Below are positions 39,235 through 51,187 of a DNA stretch of 64,000 nt, piece by piece. The stretch covers positions 19,406,001 through 19,470,000 of the forward strand of contig JANJGN010000022.1 in assembly GCA_026770705.1 (NCBI GenBank), written 5' to 3'. A program made the position numbers and the translations under genes. Origin of the DNA: Isurus oxyrinchus (Eukaryota). Position 1 is the first letter of the stretch, and the number at the start of each line of letters is the position of its first letter. The notes under the pieces were generated by a model. That model had not been told where the DNA came from. It did no database searches and worked only from the letters and a program-made list of their open reading frames with translations.

Positions 39235-39807
39235 AACACAAAAGAAAAACAGAATTTCTTGGAAAAACTCAGCAGGTCTGGCAGCATCGGCGGAGAAGAA
39301 AAGAGTTGACGTTTCGAGTCCTCATGACCCTTCAACAGAACTGAGTGAATATTAGGAGAGGGGTGAAATATAAGTTGGTTTAAGGTGGGGGGGTGGGGAA
39401 GGAGAAATTGGGGGAGTGTGTGGTTGTAGGGACAAGCAAGCAGTGATAGGAGCAGATAATCAAAAGATGTCTCAGACAAAAGAACAAAGAGGTGTTGAAA
39501 GTGGGGATATTATCTAAACAAATGTGCTAATTAAGAATGAATGGCAGGACACTCCAGGTACAGCTCTAGTGGGGGTGGAGTGGAAAGGCTAACAGGGCAT
39601 AAAAGATATAGATTTTAAAATAATGGAAATAGGTGGGAAAAGAAAAATCTATATAAATTATTGGAAAAAACAAAAGGGGGAAGAAACAGAAGTGGGGTGG
39701 GAATGGAGAAGAGAGTTCAAGATCTAAAGTTGTTGAATTCAATATTCAGTCCGGAAGGCTGTAAAGTGCCTAGTCGGAAGATGAAGTGCTGTTCCTCCAG
39801 TTTACGT
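39235..39807 (-). mobile_element. Penelope-like element 3' fragment: end of GIY-YIG ORF, pseudo-LTR, hammerhead and tail
   Basis: Minus strand RKLEEQHFIFRLGTLQPSGLNIEFNNFRS* (stop 39717-39719); flanked by the 8-bp TSD tggtctct (39227-39234 / 39808-39815). Confidence 0.85.
39304..39342 (-). ncRNA. Minimal hammerhead ribozyme motif with variant core CUGUUGA
   Basis: AGUU-CUGUUGA-A-GGGUC-augag-GACUC-GAAAC-GUC-AACU; stems I and II fully paired, GUC triplet. Confidence 0.6.
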
Positions 39808-39824
39808 TGGTCTCTTGTTGGGCA

Positions 39825-40925
39825 TGTTATGATCCTAGACCAGACCTCCAAGTTTTCAGTAAGATCTGTTGGGGACCAATGAAGTTTTGTTTAAAGTAAA
39901 CAAAGTTTGAGATTCAGTGCATTTACTAAGAGAATAAAGCCACAAAATTCCATGGGTTTTGAACAAAGGAAAATTAAATTTTTCGATACAAGATCAGAAA
40001 CTTAAAACACTTACGATATCTATCTTAGAGTATAACATTCAGGGTAACAATGAGGTACATGGGAATTAACAGGCAAACAGTTGTTGAACACACCACACTG
40101 CATTATAAATGGCAGGTGCAACCAAGACAGAGTCCAGAGATTTTTCAACAACCCAGCTGTCAGTAAACAGAGTCAACCAATCTGGTTGAAACTCTGTCCC
40201 CGTCATGAGGGATCCCAGTCTTCACCTTCGAAGATCTAACCTTGGAATTCGCTCCAAAAGTTGCTCCAACTCGGATGGCATCAATAACTGCTCACATTGC
40301 AGGGTTTCAGTCTTGCCTCCTGAGATTCTGTTCCTCTGGATTCCCGACTATGCAATCAAGCACCAACTCACAAGCACAACTTCTGCTTTTTGGCTGTGCC
40401 AAGCAGGATGCTACTGCTCCAAAGGGGTACCTTTTGCCCCAGTGGTCCACAGCTTGGAATCACTAATCTTCAGCTGCCTTCCTGGATCTTCAAGGCTTCT
40501 CCTGAGCCCTTTTCAATTGCCAGGGCTTCCCCTGAGCCCTTGCTACTTAAAGTCTGCCAACTGCACCCCTTTTGTTTGCTTGGAGCCTATTTCTCTGCTC
40601 CTCATTGGCCTTAACTGGGACCTGTCTCTGTCTCCCGTCTCTGTCCCCTGCCTGGGACTTCCTTTGGGACCTCCCCTTGTTCCCTGCCTTGGACACTTGT
40701 CTGCAGTGGTTCGCTGTTCCCGGTCACATGACCTGGGCTTGTGTGTTGATATCCCTTCCAGCACAGGCGTGCTGGGCCTGTCCTCGGCCCAAAGAACTTA
40801 AATGCTGAATTGCACAGATGCAGCCCGCTCCCAGTCCGTGCATGCGCGGAAACGCTGAAGCCTGTTGAAACTTGGGAGTACCCGACCTTTGCTCTCGACG
40901 AGATGGTAAATTGGCTTTCATAATG
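39825..40925. mobile_element. Probable solo LTR (about 1.1 kb) inserted in the RTE
   Basis: Starts TGTTATGA and ends TCATAATG; near-TSD ggca/agca; the RTE-like peptide (W...SNLLNQLS) continues across it. Confidence 0.6.
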
Positions 40926-43715
40926 AGCAGGGCCCATCAGCAATCTCTTAAACCAACTATCCATAGTGAGCAATGAAACCAGCAGCTGATGGCACCCTGC
41001 CTTAAGTACTCAAGTTTGGAGGGACTCGCATGGAAACTCACTAGTCTCTTCTGCCTAATCGAGAATCCGGGCTCTGTACCTCAAGCTTACAAAGATGCCT
41101 CCATAACTCGTCTCTATAAGCAGAAAGGGAGCAAGTCCATCTGTGACAGTCATTGTGGAATATCTCTTCTTTCGATAGCAGGAAATATTCTTGCAAGGGT
41201 TATTCTTAATTGGATTATCATTCATATCATAGATTGTGTACCCAGAATCAGTGTGGCTTCCGTGCAGGATCATGAACAGTAGACATGATCTTTGCAGCAT
41301 GTCAAATTCAAGAAAAGTCTCACGAACAGAATAAGGACCCCTTTTATGTGGTGTTTGTTGAACTGACAAAGACTTTTAAGACAGTAAGCCAGAAAGGCGT
41401 TTAGAAGATTCTGTACAAACATAGCTGCCCTGAAAAGATGATTAGTGTCATCTTTTTCATGATAGCATGATGGCCAGCATGATGCAAAGTGGTACATCAT
41501 CAGATGCTTTTCCTGTCACCAACAGCACTGAGCAAGACTCTGTTTGCTCAATATGCCTCGGCCTTGCTGCAGTACACTCAAAGATCTTGACACAGGAGTA
41601 CACGTTCAATTCAGGACAGACAACAGCTGCTTCAAATTGCAAAGGCTCAAGGTTTGCATGAAGGTTACTTAGCAGCTACTGAGTGAACTCTTGTTTGCAG
41701 ATGGCTGGGATCTCTTGGCACATACTCGGGAGGACATTCAACTATTTGTTGATCACTTCGTCCTAGGCTCAAAACACATTGGCTTGACAATGAGATATTT
41801 TCTCAACCCACCCCTGGCCACATACTCCAAAACCCTTCAGTCACTATCACTAACACACCCCTCCATTCAGTATAGAAGTTTTACTATCTTGTGAGCATCC
41901 TCTCCAATAACACTATGCTGGATGACAAAATCAACCATCACCTGGCAAAAGCAAGGTCAGCGTTTGGCAGGCTCACCAGCAGACTTTGGAAAGAACCACT
42001 ACCAGGCAGTGGTTCTTGCATCACTTCTTCAACGGTGAGAGATTTGGACACCCAACCAGCATCACGTAAAGCAACTAGAAGCATTCCATCTGTGCCATCT
42101 GAGATCTATTTGCAACATCAGGTGACAGAACAAAATCCACAACACTGAGGTTCTTGTAAAATGCTGCATACCTGGCACCGAGAGCATGCTCATCAGAGCT
42201 CAACTTCACTGGGTCGGTCATGTGGTTCACATAGAGGATTTCCGCATACCAAAGGCAGTACTCTACAGCCAGCTGAGCATGGAAACCTGCACCACAAGAC
42301 ATCCCAAATTTGGATATAAAGACAATCTGAAAGCCAACCTCCGAACTTGCAAGCTAGATCCCAATACATGGGGGAAAAGACAAACTTGGACAGACCCAAA
42401 TGGAGAAGTCTCTTCATCAAGCAGTTTTGACATTTGAGGAGAGCAGAGTCAATACCTTCAGGACAAGTGAGCATGGCACAAAACCAATGCCTCCATCCAT
42501 CCCTCCAACACTGACAATCAGTTATGCAAATTGAGACTTGGTCTAATGTCACTCATCAAAATAGACTGAAAACCGTGTTTTTTTTTGCTGAAAACTCATG
42601 TGTCGAAGTGATGGGAAAATCCATCACCTAGGCTGCATAAATAATATAACAATATCCTATCCCAGTATGCCACTCAATCAATCCTTTTAAAAAAAACTGA
42701 AGTATTCGCTATAACTTTTTTTAAAAGATACTGATTTTAGCACTTATCCTTTTAAACAAAAAACTTACCGGAATATAGTATTAAACAAGTGGTATTCTTG
42801 TAGCAACAAGCTGGCACGTAATATTTTATTTCTACTGTTTTTTAGAAAAAAGACGTTGAATCTTACGATGATGTACAGCTGTTGGCAGAATGTTGTTTCC
42901 TGCTGATTTCTCTGTATGAGGAAGTAGTTCCCTTTGTGGTATTTTTGTGCATTTTTTGGTTGTTTACTAGTTTGCGACTTACTCTTTTGTGGGGAGAATA
43001 AAAATGGGATAAAATTATATGACAAACATTGTCCTACATTGTGCTCAGTCTTCTAGTTACTTTGCCTTAATGTGAACTGTAGTCCAAAACCGTATTTAAT
43101 GTATAGACAGCTGGAGAAGGCTTGAGGAATTGTTGTCAACAGCAGCTAGACTCTAGTAGTCGTTGAATAGCTGAACTGACTTGGTTAGGCAAACAACAGT
43201 GTTTTTAAATGTTTCAGTGGGCCCTGTTAATCTCCAGCATTGGGGCATCTTTTCTATGAATTGCAAAACAGTCCACTAAGAGGGTAAAAAATTCTTAAAA
43301 CGATTTCTGGAGAATGATGATTTCTGATTTATGTTTCCATTTTCTTTGCGGGGTGGGATAAGGAGGCTTGTGTGTGCGGTGCCACTCAAGGAGGAACTGC
43401 AGTGCTGCAGTTGATGTAAGAAAAAAGTGACTCTGCTGTCTTTCTCACCAATGGTGGCATGCTGCTAGGCACAGACAAAAAACATGATCATTTGTGTACT
43501 GAATAATTGCAGCATTCCCCTCCACCTTAGATTGCTATTACAGGTTTTCTCCAGCCATTGGGGAATAATCATCATGAAATTTGATGTTAAACAGAGTTTT
43601 ATGTAAAAGGAAATTTGATTCTTTTTCACTGTTCCCAAATAAAAGCTTTGAAAGGCGAAAATCTCATTCAATCCTGTTTGTCTTATCTGACCCAATTTCT
43701 TCTCTTCTCTTACAG

Positions 43716-43955
43716 GCACGGAGTCTTTTGTACCAATTTCGTCTCTTGCCCAGAATCCCCTGCAGTCTACATGACTTGTGTAAGTTGTGTGGCACAGGAA
43801 TGTGGGACAGCGGATACATCCCAGCTGTGGAGTGTACATTAAATCACTTGGATTTTGATGATTGCCCGTATGGAGGGACCTCTGCTACACCATCTCCAAG
43901 ATCAGCACATGAAGGCAAAAGAGGGGCAAAAGATGTTTTCACTTTCCTGAGATAG
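43716..43955 (+). CDS. TBC1D16: TBC1D16 last coding exon (human exon 12 equivalent) to the TAG stop
   Basis: cttacag|GCA CGG...AGA TAG; ARSLLYQFRLLPRIPCSLHDLCKLCGTGMWDSGYIPAVEC...CPYGG...EGKRGAKDVFTFLR*. Confidence 0.97.
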   Translation, partial: ARSLLYQFRLLPRIPCSLHDLCKLCGTGMWDSGYIPAVECTLNHLDFDDCPYGGTSATPSPRSAHEGKRGAKDVFTFLR

Positions 43956-44874
43956 TCTTTCTAATTAAGCATATTTTGTGCTCAAAGTCCAATTACTAGG
44001 CATTGTTTTGAAGGTAGTTACTTGATAGGGGCTGAACCTGATTACTTAGTAACTATATATTTTTTAGTAACTATGAGCTAGTATTGATATTTCTCCCGAT
44101 ACAGTTTTGGGCATCCCTAGGATTGATACAGTTGCTCAAAACTAATTATTTAATACAATTTTTCTGAACTTAGGTGATTTGAGTTGAAGTGGAAAAGGCA
44201 CACAAGGAGGGAGATGATGGTGACCTGAGCACTTTAACCTATTGAAATATAAATGGGTATCTTGGGGATTCCCTCAATTGGCCTAAACATAGTGTTTGAT
44301 TTGAATGATTTTTAGGGAAGGGAAAAGTCAATTTTCTGGAATGCTTATGATGTGTTGCAAAAAATGCAGTTGACCCTTGGGAAACTCTGCGTGAAAGTAT
44401 AAATATGCAGCTTATTTGACAATTCCCATACAATGAAACACTTCAGTGTTGATTTAAATATATTTTTAAAATTGCTGGCACCCAGCAATTTACAGTGTTG
44501 TCTGTAAATATCACTTAACCACATCCCTATCAAGGAAACGTTATACCTGAAAATGCATTGCCCTTAGCACAATAATAGCTTAAAAATAGCTAAATGCATT
44601 GCCTTTTCACATGATGGTGTTACCTAATTGTATGCTGTTGGCTAAACTTCAGTCCAGCTGTGGATTTGTGACAGTCGTGAGAATTCAGACTTTTCTTGCA
44701 AAGGTAAAGCTTTGATGGAGAAAACTAAAACACCTCATTTACCAGATTATCTTGTTTAAATTGCCACATCCTGGTATAACCATTAATTGTACAACCAGAA
44801 AGCATCTTGAAATCTGTTAGTATTTCAGCCGTATCACTGGACATTAACTTCCATTTTAAAAAAGCACCTTATGT

Positions 44875-47613
44875 CAGTGGTTCTCAAGCTTCTTTGATTA
44901 AAGGACCCCTTTTCAAATAGATTAGTAATCATGGACCCTCCCATCTAAATTATAATACTGCATAATGCTCATAATATGAAAATGCTGCATGTAAAGAGTC
45001 TTTTAGTAATGCTTTTAAGAAAACAGGTGTTTACTTACAGATATCTGTGAGGTGGGTGTCCCTGTTTCTCACTGCAGAGTCTACCAGTTCTTGGTGTGAT
45101 GTTTGGCAATGACATTCGTAAGTCAAATCTCCACTTTCAGATCAACCTGCACTTTGTCTTGAATGCTGTCAAAGCAGAAAATGATGTTTAACAAATTGTA
45201 AGTTTTTGGGAAAGGTAGCAACACATTCATTGTTTCATTCACTAATTCTGGCTACTTTGCAGCAGTGGATGGCCAAAACTGTGAAGGTGTTTGTTTTTGC
45301 ACGTTAATTTTCAGTGAGTGGTCACAGGACAGTTCCACCCATTCCTCTTTCACTTTTCCACTTCAGCCACAAAATGACATAGCAAATGTTGAAAATGAAT
45401 CCTAAACCTGATCGGACTTATCAATTTTTATATTTTAAAAATCGACGCTGAAGTACTCTGCCAATGTTGCAAGATGAGCAATGGTCCTTTCTTTCATGCA
45501 ATTAGCTGTCATCGTGTTTGCATCCAAAACACAGCCAGCAGCAGGAACATGCCTGAAACTCCGTTGCTCAGTCTAATTTTCCAAATCTCAATTTTGTTCC
45601 TCAATGTTGCAGTCTTGTCACTAGCTCGAGCATGGTTGTATTGCCCTTTGTATTGATTTGATTCAGAGTATTGACAGGTTAAAAATGTCAGCGACGTATG
45701 CAAAATTTGTTACCCATATGTGATCAGAGAAGTTTTCAGCTAATGCAGGATTGTGCTTAAAAAAAAGTTAGAAGCTGTTTATGAAGCTCAAAAACTTTTA
45801 CTCTGCCCCGAGATAACCAATGTTCTACAATGTGAAACAATTTTCATGTCCTGCACCCATTTCTGAACACTGCTTTGCAAACAAACATGAATTCACAGGT
45901 TTGGACTTCACAAAAGTAACAGCTCTCGTATTTGCATTGAAAAGAGCATGTAATTCAGCTTCCATGCTTTTTGAAGTAAGGGCTTGGCGATTCAGCATAG
46001 TTTTTGTCACAATTACCTGCTGCTCTTTTTTTCTTGCAACACCATTCCTTTTGCCTGCCATAGAGTGAGCACCGTCTGTGCAATGCAGCATTCCCACTTA
46101 AGCTCCCACTCTGATTCCATGAAATTATTCAGTAACTTGATATTTCCTCAACAAAAACAGAAATACCTGGAAAAACTCAGCAAGTCTGCCAGCATCGGTG
46201 GAGAAGAGCAAAGTTGATGTTTCAAGTCCTCATGACCTTTCAACAGAACTGAATATTTCCTCACCTGTTGTTAATTCTGGTAACGCCTGACAAAAATGAA
46301 AATCTTTGAAAATTTCCCCTAATCAAACAAAGCACGCTTAAACTAATAATTGTGCTGTACCACCAGTATCCATTGTCTCATCCAGCTGAATTGCAAACTG
46401 CTCACATTCACAAAGCCTTTCTGACAATTGGCATTTTATGTCTAAGTTCCTTGATTCTTCTACCAACTCGGCCATTAGAAAATGGTTATGGCCTTCACCT
46501 TTTGTGCTGCCTTTCAGTCACCATCACAATTTTGCAGCAGCTTTCTACAGCAGCTGGAAGAATCAGCTCCTCTCCAATAGTGTGGACTTGCTTTCTTTTA
46601 GCAAACCAAATCCTGTTAAGAGAGATGTTTTCGGGGCCTTTTCCAGAACTGATGTGATATTCGTCACTTGAGTTTTCTAACTGTTGTTTTGCTTTCTTCA
46701 TTCAAAGAAGTCTTTCAATTTATCTTCATATTCCAGCTGCTTTGTTTTGGGGTGTCAATGCAGTTTTGCATATTTCATTGCTTCATTGGATAAAATATTG
46801 AAGTACACAACATATTGCAGCCATCCATCACTGAGATCCATAAATCCGAATCCCGTATAACTCTCCTCACACTTTCTGTTCTTCATTTGATCCTCATTAA
46901 TGGACTCCATATTGTCCGTGGCTTCAGCTGAACTACTTGCAATGGCACTTTGAGGCCGTTTTAAGTACTTTTCTATTTTAAAATAATTTACTCAAAGACT
47001 ATCATCAATCAGCTTTTTTAAGGGTGTAACTGTTATACAGAAGCACAGAGTTGTCAGAATGACATACAACAAAACATGTTCCAAAGGTAATGTATACTTT
47101 TATTTGTTTTTGCATTTGCTCTATATGGCAACTGTGAACTTTCACAGTGCATGTTGGGGAGTTTATAGGTGCTGTAAACAAGAAGTCACTTTTGCAGCTA
47201 CACTTGTTAATATGGCTGACTTTAGGAAAATGGTGCTCTCGGCAAACTTGTATTTTGGCATCTTTTCTTTGAGTTTAAATATATAGTACCTTTGACGTAA
47301 AACTCACCACCAATCTTGGTAACTGTGATTCAAGATGGCAACTTTGTGTTGTGCTCAGCACTCATCTGTTCCTCAACCACCCCCCACCCCACCCCAACCT
47401 GCTGCCAATTTGGTGGGTGCATTCCGCTCCTGGTTTGTACCAAGCCCATCTCCACCCATTGCTCATTCTTTTAATCTTGATCATGGCCCCCCTGACCATT
47501 GCACACTGGGTGGCTGCTCACCCTTAAGGCCAACCCTGCTTAGTAAGCACATTATTTCATAGACCCTGCAGAAAGTCCCTCGGGGTCTATGGACCCCAGT
47601 TTGAGAACCATTA
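44875..47613 (-). mobile_element. hAT Charlie/Buster-family DNA transposon with a degenerate transposase
   Basis: TIRs cagtggttctcaagct / agtttgagaacca; minus-strand motifs LSNEAMK, HTIGEELILPAAV, CTDGAHSMAG, NRQALTSK; TSD not recovered. Confidence 0.85.
46151..46252 (-). mobile_element. 102-bp Penelope-like hammerhead + tail insertion (hammerhead at 46212-46250)
   Basis: 11-bp TSD atatttcctca (46140-46150 / 46253-46263); minus strand AGUU-CUGUUGA-A-AGGUC-augag-GACUU-GAAAC-AUC-AACU. Confidence 0.8.
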
Positions 47614-48389
47614 TATAAGGGTTGACCTTCCCCTCAAATTGTAGTTCTTGCAATTGTAAATGCTATTTAGATATTCAAAAATAAGTATTAGTTTTGCATG
47701 TGTGTTCTTGCCATTCAAATAGGTTGTCAGTGAAAGAATAGGCATGTCTTCAACTTGGCAAATCTGCTTCTGTAACCTAAGTGCAACAAGCTAAAGATTT
47801 TTATAATATTGCTTCAGTTCTCTAGTATTTAATGATTTTACCAATTATTTTGATCTTTAAGCAGCTTCACCTCTGCCTTTCATTAATCAGGTATGGAACT
47901 GTGGGCCCGATATCGTTGACATCTTCAGTCAAATTCAACCTCCTCAATGAATTATATGGCATATTTTGCAGCAGATCAGATTTCAGTATTCAAATAAGTT
48001 TTGGCTGACTAAAAATATCTCCTTTTTTATGGCAATGAAACCATTTGAGGGAGCTGTTTTGCATTTAGTATTTTACATAAAAAGAATAATAGTACAATTG
48101 AACAATAGATTCCAAAAGTAATTTCTCTGATGAGAAAGGTAAACTTAGAACTTGGGGGAGATTTTAATGCCCAGTGGCACATGGGGAGCCAGGAAGTAGC
48201 TGCAGCAGGTCTGTCAGTGACTTTTTAACCCAGCTACTGCTCTTGCATATGACTTCTGGGTTATTGAACAATTAGTGTGAACAAGCATGATGGCAGCCTG
48301 CATCATTGTATTTCAGCTGAACTATTTAAAGGGACACTGCAAACATGATGAATTGTGGAGGTAAGGGAACAAAGGACGCAATTGTCGTA

Positions 48390-48625
48390 ATGAATTCCCA
48401 GTATGGCAAGGTTGTCCCTCAATTCACAGCCTCCTAGACTTCATGCTGTAGTGTGCAAGGGTCTGCAGGAAGATACTCTTCCCTGCAGACAGGAGGAAGA
48501 AATTTGCCTTGGAGAGCAAGAAGGCACAGCTGGTGATTGCTGAGGAGGTTAGCAACAGTAATGTGGTGCCACACTCCTGGATGCAGTGTGGGAAGCAGTT
48601 TAATTACCAAATCAGGTCTGGAAAG
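48390..48625 (+). pseudogene. Harbinger Myb/SANT-like DNA-binding ORF, first exon remnant
   Basis: LFPADRRKK...KKAQLVIAEEVSNSNVVPHSWMQCGKQFNYQIRSGK followed by the donor gtgagt. Confidence 0.65.
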
Positions 48626-49600
48626 GTGAGTTCAAAGGCACATTCAGCCGCAACCTGTATGTGCATATAAGCCTGATGATCTTCTACCTTCCAAAGCCTA
48701 TTCCTGAACATCATTCCTCATCCCAACTTTCTTCCAGGTGCATCAATTCCTCTCCTGGCACTGCCCCACAATTTACCACTGGCATTCACCCTTATCCTAA
48801 TGCAATGTCACACCTTTCTCTCATAGTGACCTTCAAGAAATTTTGTTCATCCATCCAACTGTCACATTCCATCATTCTTACCTATAGGTCTCTCCCTCTT
48901 TGCTGTTGAAAAAAGCACAAATACCAGGTAGAGGTAAAGAGCCAGAAGTGGCCCTCTCAACACTGACAGCTGGAAAGGAGGAAATGCTGGAGATAAGCTG
49001 AGCTTCTGCATGAAGGAGTGGGGGGTGTGGGTCGGCTACCAGGTGACAGAATTAAATATCTCTCAGCCTCATGGTATACAACAATCATTTGGTTGCTGGC
49101 ATCAAGTCAACATGTGGAAAGCAATCATGTGCATAATGTACACTTAATGAATTCTCACTTTGAGAGTTATGATTCACTTTTTTAAGCTTGCATAGTCTCA
49201 TCAAGCACCCTGCAGGAGGCTGTGCAAGATGAAGACAAAGACTCCTTTGAAGTGGTCACACACTCTGAAGGTATACCATTACAGGACTCTTGCAGACCAT
49301 GCACCAGCTCAGGTACACACATTTTGGTGGGACTGGTAAGATATAGTTAAGTTTTGACCAGGTGTCTCACACATCACAACTGAGCAAGAGCAGATGGTGG
49401 AGACAGGGAGAGTAATGAAGACTCCACATCAGAGAGCACAATTGCTCCAAGCTCTGCTCAGCTCAGCTGGATGCAGATACTGAACCCATTGGGTTGTTGA
49501 CGAAGAATAATTCTGGAGCAGCAGCAAAAAAATGTGAGGTACTGGAAGACTCTCCAACTGCATGCTGCAAAGTGATTGGAAGGATCTGTCCGGAGCATGA

Positions 49601-51187
49601 GTCATCATTGACAATCACTTGTGCTGAGAATGATTCTTCCTTGCAGATGGTTGGATGGAAGGGACATGTTAGTGTTGGCTAAGGATTCACAGATGGCTTG
49701 TGAAGTTTATCTTAGCCTTATACACTTTCCTACAGTGAAGGCATCAGTTGTTAGCTGGTATAGGTGGTGGTAGATTATTGGCTCAAACAGCTGCCCTCTC
49801 TTTCCATCTCTCTTGTTATTCTCTCTCGGTGGTTGCTCTTGTTTGAAAGGTCTTGACACCATTTTTGACAATGGATTGCCATTTTGGCCATGATTGGGCA
49901 ACTGCTTCCTATGTATTGATGGCAATAGAGCAGTTCTTCGTGGGGGCTTTGAGATTGCTTTTGAAATGTTTTGGCTGCTGTGTGAGTGGTCTCCCTGACG
50001 TAACTCTGAGTAGAGCACCTGTTTGGACAGTCTTGACATGAGCATTCTGATAACACGCCCTATCCATCTCAGCTGACTTAGATTATCATGGTCTCTGTAT
50101 AGTTAGTATGTCTGTGACTTGGAGGATGCTCATGTTTGTTCTTTTGACCTCCACTTGAGGGATTTTTCTAAGACAATGTTAATGAAATTGTTCTGGGGCC
50201 TTGATATAGCATCTATAAGTTGTCCAAACTTCACCATAGAGAAGTGTTGGGAGAATTACTGCTCATTAGACTTTGAGTTTGGTTGCAGGTCTGATAGCAC
50301 GATTCTCAAAAACTCGAGCTGGTAACTTACCATAGGCTGAGCTGGCACATTGGATTCAGTGGTGTCTCATCTCAGGCATTCCTTCAGGATTGAGGATAAC
50401 TTGCTTCCATCTAACATGAGTGGAAGATACCTGTGCATGATTCTTTTGGAACATGGGACCACATGGTCTCGACAGAGCGGGGCCTTAGTTCAATGGCAAG
50501 GGGTTTCTAAGATGAATGGAGGCCAGAATCTGCAATGAGTATCTGTCACGCCCATAAATTGTGGAATCCCATCATTTCTGGCCAATGCCATAATCAGTGA
50601 TGTACCTCTTCTTCAATATTTTGGGATAGATGGCTTCCAAGAAATCGCAATGTGGTGCCAGTCATGGGTGGTGGTCAGCTTCCTGACTGCCCCTGCTGAG
50701 CCCACTCACCAAGGGCAAAATTCTGCCCCATGAATCACAATTGAAGGCATTGGATTTGATGCATTTGGTTGGTAGAGGACTTTGGTGGTCTTGGCATTCA
50801 GGGCAAGTCTCGTGCTCTCGTAAGCTCTTGTATGCCCAGCTAAGTTCATAGATCTCATCGGTCTCCGACATGACAATATGCAATCACAGTAATGCAATCA
50901 CTTCACTACAGATTCCTTCCCTGTCAAAAATAGCACCAAACATGGGTGCGTCTTTGTACCAGCACTATTCTCAATCTTTCTTGCAGCAACACTGGCTTAC
51001 CACAGACAGACTCCACCCCCCCCCCCCGCCCCCCCCCCCCACCCCCCCACCCAGGTGTGGTAATAATTTATTGCACTGATGGTAAACCCTTCAACCTCAA
51101 CTGGATAACAACCATTTCTGTAATAGGACTACAGTATGTTGATGACACACGAGTTAGCTCTCACTCCCATGAAGAACTGCAACAGAT
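49601..51187 (-). mobile_element. 5'-truncated RTE LINE with an inverted 5' segment, inserted in the Harbinger element
   Basis: TSD cggagcatga / cggagcttga (49591-49600 / 51188-51197); minus-strand KTTKVLYQP, IQCASSAYG, KQVLYSEL; plus-strand KHGCVFVPALFSIF and LQYVDD. Confidence 0.75.
50366..50593 (-). mobile_element. Short non-coding retroposon with an RTE-type tail, nested in the RTE
   Basis: TSD tcagtggtgt / tcagtgatgt (50356-50365 / 50594-50603); minus-strand tail ggaagcaagttatcctcaatcctgaaggaatgcctgag. Confidence 0.6.

Larger units (their letters stand above)
37650..42643 (+). mobile_element. Near-full-length degenerate RTE LINE with nested Penelope-like and solo-LTR insertions
   Basis: LNV*TL / RYDIDIA..SETR (EN), GVLGHHGIGRANSNGQLLL, KHQDWFD, YKDASITRLYKQKGSKSICDSHCGISLLS, LFADG, QLHWVGHVVH; candidate TSD atataacaa (37641-37649 / 42644-42652). 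Confidence 0.85.

Noticed and set aside
40205-40801. 198-aa ORF, and overlapping ORFs on both strands
   Set aside because: Lies inside a probable solo LTR; low-complexity Leu/Pro/Ser/Cys translation with no recognisable domain
45080-46920. Possible ZBED5/ZBED8-type host gene
   Set aside because: Many stops and frameshifts, a nested insertion and TIRs indicate a fossil hAT
51013-51052. Poly-C tracts with G-quadruplex potential (also ~24147-24220 and ~55727-55756)
   Set aside because: Simple homopolymer expansions, mostly inside repeats, with no sign of function; lengths are error-prone
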